Notes under the pieces: generated by a model
Seen by the model: only the letters and a program-made list of their open reading frames with translations
What the model was told of the DNA's origin: nothing
The model's database searches: none
Position numbers and translations under genes: made by a program
Part shown: positions 9,543-17,324 of the stretch, one piece after another
Numbering within the stretch: position 1 is the stretch's first letter
How the letters are laid out: the number at the start of each line of letters is the position of its first letter
From: Candidatus Marinacidobacterales bacterium
Lineage (GTDB): Bacteria > Acidobacteriota > Vicinamibacteria > Marinacidobacterales > SMYC01
Length of the DNA: 64,000 nt
Reading direction: 5' to 3'
Assembly (NCBI GenBank): GCA_965224085.1
Contig: CBDCYI010000009.1
Span: 32,001-96,000 of the forward strand

Positions 9543-10570
9543 CAGGCTAGCTCCTTGACATGGGCCACCCAGAAGCAGTCGGCACCAGGCTCGGTGACGC
9601 CAGCGCTCGCGACGCGGAGAACGATCCCCGAAGCCGGTGCTCGCAGTTTCTCGACGACTCGAAGACCGTCCGCAACGTACCCCACCCGCTCTGCCTCTTC
9701 CACTCGATCCCCCGGGCCTTTGTTCAGGCGCAGGATTCCGCCGCGGTTAGGCCTCAGGATGGAAACCCGATCGAAGCGGAAGCGTATTTCCGGCACGCGC
9801 GGCTCGCCGGTCAGCATTCCCACCGCGCGCATCACGTTCAAGACACCGTCGAGCGCCAGGGACACGAGATCATCGCGAAGCCGTCCTCCCTCCCCGAGCT
9901 CCACGACGAGTGTCGGTACGCCGGCGAGGCGGGCCTGCTCGGCGAACGAGAATTCGAGACCGCGAAAGACGACGTGCCGCCCCCGCTCCTTCGGCCTCAT
10001 CTCGTAGATGAGCTCGGTTCCGAACGCGTCCGCCATGAGCTTTCGCTTTGCCAGCGTTCGGTGCTCGTCGTCCAGCATCACCACTTGCGCGAAAGGAGCC
10101 TCGCTGGAACCGCTCATGCCGCCGTGAAAGTCGAGGCAGTAGTCGGCGGATGGAAGAACGCCGTCGAAGATCGCCCGGGCAATACGCGCGGTGAGCGGAC
10201 CGCTCGCGTCTCCTGGACACACCCGGTTCATATCGATGGGGCCCCTTGCTTCGAAGGGCCAGCCTCGCTGCCGGCTCATGAAAGCCGGTGGATTGGCGAT
10301 GGGAACCGAGACGAGAGTCCCCCGAATCTCGCGCGGGCGAACCCGCTCGACGATCTGTCGCGCCGCCTCTACCCCCACGATCTCGTCTCCGTGAAGGCCG
10401 CCCTGAACATACAGAGCCGGTCCGGGGGCTCCGGACGCGACGAGGATCGGCAATGCAAGGGGTGAGCCGTCGGGCCACGTGGCCACTGCAACGCGGCGTC
10501 TGAGGACGGTACCGGCGCGCGCGCGCACGCCGAGAAAGCTTCTACGCGCCCCAGATCGTTTGGCCGGCAT
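9539..10570 (-). CDS. Succinylglutamate desuccinylase/aspartoacylase family (M14-like) hydrolase
   Basis: GGLHGDE, PIANPPAF, DMNRVCPG, LDFHGG, VVELG, and a C-terminal biotinyl-like hairpin. Confidence 0.88.
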   Translation of the reverse strand: MPAKRSGARRSFLGVRARAGTVLRRRVAVATWPDGSPLALPILVASGAPGPALYVQGGLHGDEIVGVEAARQIVERVRPREIRGTLVSVPIANPPAFMSRQRGWPFEARGPIDMNRVCPGDASGPLTARIARAIFDGVLPSADYCLDFHGGMSGSSEAPFAQVVMLDDEHRTLAKRKLMADAFGTELIYEMRPKERGRHVVFRGLEFSFAEQARLAGVPTLVVELGEGGRLRDDLVSLALDGVLNVMRAVGMLTGEPRVPEIRFRFDRVSILRPNRGGILRLNKGPGDRVEEAERVGYVADGLRVVEKLRAPASGIVLRVASAGVTEPGADCFWVAHVKELAC

Positions 10571-11312
10571 CGATGAACACCGAAGCTCCGGTCACCAGTC
10601 GAGCTTCCTCGTTGCTGGCCAGAAACACCACCGCACCCACCACGTCTTCCGGGACACCAATCTCCTTCAGGGGAATTCGTGCCAGGCGGCGCTCGCGAAA
10701 TGCGGGGTCTTGGATGTCGCTCCGATTGAGATCGGTCTCGATGAGACCGGGAGCGATGGCGTTGACTCTGATGCGGTGCGGGGCCAGCTCCAAGGCCATT
10801 TGTTTGGTGAGCATCTCGATACCCGCCTTGGCCACGCAGTAGTGCGTCAAGTTCGGCGCCGCGATCGCCTGGCCTGCCGAGGACACATTGATGACCGCTC
10901 CCGCGATCTCCCGATCGATCATGCGTCGGGCCACCGCCTGGCCGACGAGAAAGTAACCTCTCAGATTCGTTTCTAGCGTCCAGTCCCACTCTTCCTGGGA
11001 AATTTCCAGAAATGGCGTTCGCTTGAGAACGCCAGCGTTGTTCACCAGTAGATCGATACCACCCAGGAAATCGTCGGCCTCCTTGACCAGGCGGTTGACA
11101 TCCTCGCTCGAATCCGTGCTCCCCTGTACCGCAGTGGCGCGCCGACCGAGCTCCCTCAATGAGCCGACGACCTCCTCCGCCGCGTCGCGACGTGACTTGA
11201 AGTTCACGACCACGTCGGCGCCTTCGCGACCGAGCGCCAGCGCAATGCCGCGGCCGATGCTTCGAGACCCTCCAGTGACCAGCGCATGCCGGGCTTCAAG
11301 GCGCATACTCAT
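10542..11312 (-). CDS. SDR family NAD(P)-dependent oxidoreductase
   Basis: TGGSRSIG, NNAG, YCVAK (YxxxK), RVNAIAPGLIET; RBS GGAGGAG. Confidence 0.93.
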   Translation of the reverse strand: MSMRLEARHALVTGGSRSIGRGIALALGREGADVVVNFKSRRDAAEEVVGSLRELGRRATAVQGSTDSSEDVNRLVKEADDFLGGIDLLVNNAGVLKRTPFLEISQEEWDWTLETNLRGYFLVGQAVARRMIDREIAGAVINVSSAGQAIAAPNLTHYCVAKAGIEMLTKQMALELAPHRIRVNAIAPGLIETDLNRSDIQDPAFRERRLARIPLKEIGVPEDVVGAVVFLASNEEARLVTGASVFIDAGQTIWGA

Positions 11313-11332
11313 TCTCCTCCGATCGAATCCAG

Positions 11333-11368
11333 TTGACGGAGAATAACGTCAAGCTCCGTAAGAAGCAA
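11333..11368 (-). promoter_or_regulatory. Sigma70-type promoter for the SDR-M14-dctP unit with an overlapping palindrome
   Basis: Minus strand TTGCTT-N17-TATTCT (11368-11340). TTGACG-N8-CGTCAA (11333-11352) straddles the -10. Confidence 0.55.
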
Positions 11369-11406
11369 GCTCGGATCCTCACAAGCATCGCTTCAGTTCT
11401 AAGAGG

Positions 11407-12945
11407 CTAACCGTCCGGAACGGCCCGCCAGCACGTCATCCCAAAGCTCTCTGCTTCGTCCGGGCAGCGAATCCGACGGAAACGATCATCGAAAGACCTA
11501 AAGAGGAACTGATTTACCTCGGCGAGGAGGCGCGAGTGCACAACCCAGAGAAGATCGGACGGTTGTAGTCTGTCGTGAAGAGCTTTGACCAAGTCTCGGG
11601 CGTCAGCCGCCATCAGACTTTTATCAGCGATCTCGTCTTCGTCTATCCAACCTCGGTGTTCGGCCGACGATGTCGGATAGGAGAAGAAGGCTATCGGGCC
11701 TTTCTGCAGTCGGACGTAGTACTCCAGCGGATTGCGGGTAAATCCGGTGCAGAGCACCGCGTCAGAAGCTTTGGCATGCGTTCGGATGATCCGCGCCTGC
11801 GCCGCAACTCCTTGAAGAGGCGGCTTGGAATAATAGAAGAACAGCGCCCAGGCGGCGAGCCCCGCCGTGAGCATTACGGCCGTCGCATAGGTAACGCCAC
11901 GGAAGCTACGGGCGCCGCTGGCACAGAGCAGAAGAAAAAGAGGCAATGCGATGACGTCATAACGAGCAACCATGTAGATAGGTAGATAGAACGATACGAG
12001 AAAGGGGACGGCCAGGATGAGCATCATATTGACGGCGAAAACTCTGCCCGCTCGACCTTCTTGCCCCGAACGTGTCAGTCCCCGCAGTGCCAGGGTGCCA
12101 AAAAGCAGGTAGGCAAGAAGCTTCGGCCAAACGGGCATCGCGGCGGATCCGGTCGGCACGTAGGCTGGTATATCCCCTCCTATCGAGAACGCGGCGAATG
12201 ATTTGACGAGGGCGAGAGCGGGCGGAGTCTCGCTCCAGATGCGCTCGAGCCAGGAGGCCGCTCCCGTCTGGATCTGGTGCCGGAGGAGTGGTGTCCATGG
12301 ACTGTAGGCAAGCAGTATCGCGGTCACGCAGGCCAGGCCGAAACGAGCGGATACTTGTCGCCGAACGACGTAGAGCAACGGAGGGATCAGGAGGAAGAGT
12401 CCATAATTGTGGGTGTATAAGGAAAGCGCGGTGACAAAGCTGTAGAGGAGTCCCACATACGAAGATTTGGATCGCTTCAACCACTCGAGGCATGAGAGGG
12501 ATCCGAGTGCGAGCAGGATGAACAGGGCGTAAGGCCGTACCTGTTGGCTATGATAGATGTGTAGCGGCGAGACGGCGAGCAGAAGAGCTCCGAGCCAGGC
12601 GACGTCGGCGCCCCACAGTCGATGGCCGAGCCGGTACGCGAGCAAGACCGCCGTGACCCCGCAAAACACCGACAGACCACGCAGTGCCGCCGGCCCTGAA
12701 CCTGCTAAAGCCCTCCACAGATATAGCAGCCAGTAGTAGAGCGGCGGCGACGAGTCGTTCTTCAGTTCCGCGAGAATTCCGGTCGGAGACGCACTGGCGA
12801 CGAGCGCTGCAAAGGCTTCGTCGAACCAAAGCTCGTTCCTCTGTAGTCCGAGTAGGCGGAGTCCAAGGGCTAGGGCGAGCACGAGCCCGAGGACAACAAG
12901 CCCCCTGCGATCCGGTGGCGACGCCGGGTCGGGACGGGGAGCCAC
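11407..12945 (-). CDS. Glycosyltransferase family 39 / ArnT-PMT-like GT-C membrane protein
   Basis: LWFDEAF, SPPLYYWLL, SQQVRPY, LYTHNYG, many TM helices. Confidence 0.88.
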   Translation of the reverse strand: MAPRPDPASPPDRRGLVVLGLVLALALGLRLLGLQRNELWFDEAFAALVASASPTGILAELKNDSSPPLYYWLLYLWRALAGSGPAALRGLSVFCGVTAVLLAYRLGHRLWGADVAWLGALLLAVSPLHIYHSQQVRPYALFILLALGSLSCLEWLKRSKSSYVGLLYSFVTALSLYTHNYGLFLLIPPLLYVVRRQVSARFGLACVTAILLAYSPWTPLLRHQIQTGAASWLERIWSETPPALALVKSFAAFSIGGDIPAYVPTGSAAMPVWPKLLAYLLFGTLALRGLTRSGQEGRAGRVFAVNMMLILAVPFLVSFYLPIYMVARYDVIALPLFLLLCASGARSFRGVTYATAVMLTAGLAAWALFFYYSKPPLQGVAAQARIIRTHAKASDAVLCTGFTRNPLEYYVRLQKGPIAFFSYPTSSAEHRGWIDEDEIADKSLMAADARDLVKALHDRLQPSDLLWVVHSRLLAEVNQFLFRSFDDRFRRIRCPDEAESFGMTCWRAVPDG

Positions 12946-12951
12946 GCCGCG

Positions 12952-14031
12952 CTATTTCGCGAATAGCCGACGGGCGAAGTCGGGGTCGTCTTTGAAATAG
13001 CGGCTGAACCGGTCCAAGGTGCCGGTCCGGTCCCGGATGACCTTCATCCGCATTTTCCAAAGCTGCTCGTAACGCGGGTTTCGCGAAGCCGCTTCGCGAA
13101 ACCACTGTATCGCCTCGTCCTTGTTGCCGAGCTGGTAGTGAACGAGGCCGAGCGCCTCGTAGGCGCGGGACTCGTTGGGGTAACGGTCAACGAACTCCTT
13201 CGCGGCGGCAATCGCTTCGTCGGGTCTCCCGTCGGCTGCAAGGCGTACCGCATTTCCGTAGAGACGGTAATCCTTCCGCTTCTGCCAGAGTCGATTGAGC
13301 TCACGAACTGGCTCTTCATGGTCCATGACGCGGAGGTCGATATAGTAGCTTATCGGATACACGTCAGCACCGACGGTGGTACTGGCATCCTCAGCCCCGC
13401 CTTTACGGTAGATTCTCAACGCCGCGGACTGCTTGCCCCGCGCGTCGCCGCCCACCGTGTCTGCCTGGAGCAGTGCCGCCATGAGACGGTCGGCCAATTC
13501 GCCCTCGGTCGACTCGAAGGTGTCACCCATCGCGTCCGTCGTCTCCTTGCCGGTGAGCATGTTCCCCTGGGTCGTGTAATACTTCCCCTGGCGGTCGCCG
13601 GAATAGAAAGTACACTCGGGACCGGTGTGGGCGGCAACACGCCCTTTCGCGTCCACCGCGCCCATCTGCCGAAACTCCCGACCGGCGTCCTTGGACATGA
13701 GCATCTGGAGGCTGTCGGCGGCCGAGAAGCCCAATTCCATGAGCTGAACGCCTTCGACGGCGGTCAAGAGGTTTTGCCCGGCAAACGAGTGCTGCATGGC
13801 GATCACTCCCACGCCGGCCTTTCCGTAAAACGACATGACGTTGAAGACGCGGGAGGCGATCGCGATACCGACGTCACCCGTCTCCGGGTCGTAGCCGAGA
13901 ATGGAGTAGGTGGTGATCAACTCGTCCGGCTCGGACGCGGGCGACGAGCTCTGCATGGCTTTTAATGACGTGGTGGCAAACAGGCTGAGGCCTGCAAGCG
14001 CGAGCAGTGTCCGTCTCGCTTTTCGAAACAT
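12952..14031 (-). CDS. Exported DUF1028 (Ntn-hydrolase-like) protein with C-terminal TPR
   Basis: ATG at 14031 with RBS AAGGAGG; signal peptide; TYSILGYDPETG, QGNML, GGDARGKQSAAL, DLRVMDHEEP; TPR-like AYEALGLVHYQLG. Confidence 0.85.
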   Translation of the reverse strand: MFRKARRTLLALAGLSLFATTSLKAMQSSSPASEPDELITTYSILGYDPETGDVGIAIASRVFNVMSFYGKAGVGVIAMQHSFAGQNLLTAVEGVQLMELGFSAADSLQMLMSKDAGREFRQMGAVDAKGRVAAHTGPECTFYSGDRQGKYYTTQGNMLTGKETTDAMGDTFESTEGELADRLMAALLQADTVGGDARGKQSAALRIYRKGGAEDASTTVGADVYPISYYIDLRVMDHEEPVRELNRLWQKRKDYRLYGNAVRLAADGRPDEAIAAAKEFVDRYPNESRAYEALGLVHYQLGNKDEAIQWFREAASRNPRYEQLWKMRMKVIRDRTGTLDRFSRYFKDDPDFARRLFAK

Positions 14032-14087
14032 GAAATCCTCCTTGAGTTCAAAACAGGGATGTTCGATCGATGGACGCATTAGGGCCC

Positions 14088-15362
14088 TCAATATCCGACG
14101 AGTCGCGGGAGAAAGAGCACGACTTCCGGGACGAAAGCGATGATAAGTGTAAAGGCGAATAAGAGTGCGAGATAGGGAATGATTGGCCGGGCGACCTCCG
14201 CCGGGGTAACCTGGCCCACGGAGCAAGCCACCAGCAAGCTCACGCCGACCGGTGGCAGGAAAACCGAGATCCCCTGCGTCGCGACGATGACGGTGCCGTA
14301 GTGAACCGGGTCAATGCCCATTTGTTTCGCGATGGGCAATAGAATCGGGGTTAGCATGACGACGGCCGGAACCCCCTCCAATATGGCGCCCAATGGTATG
14401 AAGACGAGAATCGTAAGAATGAGAAAACCCACGTCTCCCCCACCCAATTCAACCAGAGAGGCGGCCAGAGTCTGTGGCACTTGCTTCACCGCCAATGTCC
14501 AGGAGAGGAGTTTTGCGGCGCCAACGACGAAGAGCACCATACCGGTGAGGACGGCCGTGCGGACGAGCACACCCCACAGGCGACGTGGCGAGAGCTCTCG
14601 GTAGAGAGCTCCAAGTAATAGGGCGTAGGCGACGGCAATTGCGGCCGCCTCGGTGGCAGTAAAAATACCGAGGCGAATACCCCCAAGCACAATGACGACC
14701 AGCAACAGGGGGAGGGCGCCCGATAATGCCGCCCGAGCCGTAGTACCCCAGGTCTCTCGAGGTCCGCGAGGCCAGCCTTGGCGTTTCGCATGCCACCAGA
14801 TTTGGCACATCAAACCGATAGCCATGAGCAAACCGGGCACCAGACAGGCGGCAAATAGTTTTCCAATGGAGACGTTGCCGATAACGCCGTAGATGACCAT
14901 CACGATGCCGGGAGGAATCAAGATGCCCATGGCACACGCGGCGCCTACGATAGCGGTGGCACGTGCACGGCCGTATCCCTTTTCGACGAGCTGAGGGATC
15001 ATGATGCCGCCAATCACCGCCGCTTGTGCCGAAGTGGATCCAGAAACACCCGCAAAGAATGTCTCCGCGACGACCACCACATGCCCGAGTCCGCCATGTA
15101 GATGGCCCACCAAGGAATAGGCCAACGTCACCAATCGTCGGCTGATGCCTCCTATATCCATGATGAGGCCGGCAAGAATGAACAGCGGGACCGCCAGCAT
15201 GGGAAAGGAATCCATGCCGGCCACAATTTGCTGCGGGATAATCACGAGGGGTAGTTCCTCGTCGAGAACAAAAGTAAAAGCGGCTGTTCCCACCAGTGCG
15301 AAGCCGATGGGGATGCTCAGCAGCACCAGCACGATGAAAGCGACCAGAAGAAGTACAGGCAT
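14088..15362 (-). CDS. dctM: TRAP transporter large permease
   Basis: SFPMLAVPLFILAG, GVSGST, GILIPPGI, GIFTATEAA, GIDPVHYG. The ATG at 15362 is coupled to the dctQ stop (TGATG). Confidence 0.93.
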   Translation of the reverse strand: MPVLLLVAFIVLVLLSIPIGFALVGTAAFTFVLDEELPLVIIPQQIVAGMDSFPMLAVPLFILAGLIMDIGGISRRLVTLAYSLVGHLHGGLGHVVVVAETFFAGVSGSTSAQAAVIGGIMIPQLVEKGYGRARATAIVGAACAMGILIPPGIVMVIYGVIGNVSIGKLFAACLVPGLLMAIGLMCQIWWHAKRQGWPRGPRETWGTTARAALSGALPLLLVVIVLGGIRLGIFTATEAAAIAVAYALLLGALYRELSPRRLWGVLVRTAVLTGMVLFVVGAAKLLSWTLAVKQVPQTLAASLVELGGGDVGFLILTILVFIPLGAILEGVPAVVMLTPILLPIAKQMGIDPVHYGTVIVATQGISVFLPPVGVSLLVACSVGQVTPAEVARPIIPYLALLFAFTLIIAFVPEVVLFLPRLVGY

Positions 15363-15871
15363 CAGTGAGTCTTCCCCTTCAGGCCCTCTTGGCCCCCCTG
15401 CTCGGCAAGCGTGCCGCCGAGACGGGCCGCCAAATGTAACAGCATGAGCATCCCGGCCACCGGTACCGAGGCGTATACCCACGCAAGCGGCAGATCCAAC
15501 GCCGCTGAACGCTGGCCGTGGGCCAGATGCACAAGTCCAAAGCCCAAGATGATGAGGCCGAAAGCCGCGGCTGCGACGATGCCGGTGCCAAAGCGGTGGG
15601 CCCAGATTCGCGGACGACGAGGGAGCTTGGCTACCGCCAGATCGAACACAAAATGACTCTGAGACTCCAAGGCGAGCGAGGCGCCCATCATGGATAGCCA
15701 GATGAAGCAGAATCTCGACAACTCTTCGCTCCAGGGATTTGGCCGCTCGAACAGATAACGCATGGTGACCTGAAGCAGCACCACCGCGAAGACGGCGAGC
15801 ACGAGGCTTCCGGCAACTGCTGTCTCGACCGCGACCATAAAGCGGTTAAGACGTCTCACGAACTGCAACAC
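15362..15871 (-). CDS. dctQ: TRAP transporter small permease
   Basis: QVTMRY, PWSEELSRF, four TM helices. Confidence 0.9.
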   Translation of the reverse strand: MLQFVRRLNRFMVAVETAVAGSLVLAVFAVVLLQVTMRYLFERPNPWSEELSRFCFIWLSMMGASLALESQSHFVFDLAVAKLPRRPRIWAHRFGTGIVAAAAFGLIILGFGLVHLAHGQRSAALDLPLAWVYASVPVAGMLMLLHLAARLGGTLAEQGGQEGLKGKTH

Positions 15872-15946
15872 TGGTGTTGTCCACCTTCCACAAAAAGGTC
15901 GGGACCCCCCAAGTCAAAGTCAAAGAGTGTATCAGCCTCATAGCGT

Positions 15947-16927
15947 TTAAAGTAGAACCCCCGCCTGCACTCTCACCGTCTCGAGAGACTCCATGTCGAT
16001 GTGGGTTTCGGTGGGGATGACGGAAGCCAGCCGCCTCGCTTTCTCGGGAAGCTCCTCCCACAAATGTACGCTGACGATCAGAAGTCGGTACTTTCCTGTG
16101 ACAGCCAGCTCGGCAAGTTCCGGAATCTCACCGATGGACTTCGGCTCGAGGGTCACTTTGTCGCCTACCTCGCCTTGAAGGTAGTCGACGACGGCGCCTC
16201 CGAACCGCTCGCGGTCGGCGTCGGGTAGAACGAGCAGCACCGACGAGCCCGCAGGCAGTCTTCGAATCTTGCGAACAACGCGTTCGGACATTTTGAGCCG
16301 TATCGGGTAGATCCGGTCTTTCGCGCCCGTGCCCTCGACGATCTCGAGAAGTCGCTCGTAGCGATACGAGTTGACGAGGATTGCGGAGTAGCGTCCGAGC
16401 TCCTCCTGGGACAGCAGGGCAGCGTCATCGAAGCCGCGACCGGCGCACTTGATCTCCCAGGCGTGCTCGATCACAGCAGCATGCTCCTTCGCTGAGCTCG
16501 CGCTCAAGTCCACGTAGAGGTAGGACGGCGTGCGCGTCTCGTGCGCGATCGCCCGGCGCACGAGGAGACGGGCCAAGCCGATGGAGCTAACTTTCTTTGA
16601 CTTCGCCCACTCCACCATGCGATCGCACTCTGCCGTCGCCTCGGAAGCGACCTTCTCCACCTGCGGCGACGTCACGAGGTGGTCGGTCACCATCACGTGG
16701 CTTCGGCTCTTCGACGACAGGAACCCCAGATCCGTGAGCTCTCGATAGGCGCGTCGCACGACCGCCTCACCGACCTCGAGCTGCTTCGCGAGAGCGCGAA
16801 TCGATGGCAGGAGGTCGCCTCCGTGCAGCCGGCCGAAGGTGTAGGCGATCTTGATCTGCTCTTTGATTTGAATCCAGGGAGGCAACGAGCTCGAGCGGTC
16901 GACAAATAGTGACTTCAAGGTCTCCAC
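15947..16927 (-). CDS. GntR family transcriptional regulator with a long atypical C-terminal region
   Basis: N-terminal wHTH QIKEQIK...GDLLPSIRALAKQLEV...VRRAYREL; 326 aa. Confidence 0.85.
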   Translation of the reverse strand: METLKSLFVDRSSSLPPWIQIKEQIKIAYTFGRLHGGDLLPSIRALAKQLEVGEAVVRRAYRELTDLGFLSSKSRSHVMVTDHLVTSPQVEKVASEATAECDRMVEWAKSKKVSSIGLARLLVRRAIAHETRTPSYLYVDLSASSAKEHAAVIEHAWEIKCAGRGFDDAALLSQEELGRYSAILVNSYRYERLLEIVEGTGAKDRIYPIRLKMSERVVRKIRRLPAGSSVLLVLPDADRERFGGAVVDYLQGEVGDKVTLEPKSIGEIPELAELAVTGKYRLLIVSVHLWEELPEKARRLASVIPTETHIDMESLETVRVQAGVLL

Positions 16928-17020
16928 TCCGTGTCCGACTCTGGAATGACTTTAACACAGTTGTAGCAATTCGCGGGCACCGAACCTGCAAACACAACTC
17001 GATCCAACTGCTTGAATCGA

Positions 17021-17068
17021 ATAACTAGTTATAAATCAGTTACTTAATATGTGTCATCTTTACGACAC
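17021..17068. promoter_or_regulatory. Candidate operator palindromes in the divergent gntR/TBDR intergenic region
   Basis: ATAACTAGTTAT (17021-17032, perfect 12-bp palindrome) and GTGTC-N8-GACAC (17051-17068), in an AT-rich patch. Confidence 0.4.
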
Positions 17069-17087
17069 TGAAAACCAGCGAATTCGC

Positions 17088-17117
17088 TTGACATGGACGC
17101 TTATTTTCTCCTAGATT
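17088..17117 (+). promoter_or_regulatory. Sigma70-type promoter upstream of the TonB-dependent receptor
   Basis: TTGACA-N18-TAGATT. Confidence 0.6.
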
Positions 17118-17324
17118 CACTCTGTGTTCTTGGAAACATAGGCATAAATGCCATAGCGAAGGTCCGAAATGAGGGTACTGCGATGATCCGCCGACTCTTC
17201 CCCGTTCGCAGGGATGACGTGGCTGCGTTTGTTTTCGGTGCTCGCTCGGGCTTTGTGCGAAGGTTCGTGGAACGCGCCCATGTGGCCGTTCCCTATCACC
17301 GTTCATAACGGAGGACAAGAAAAA

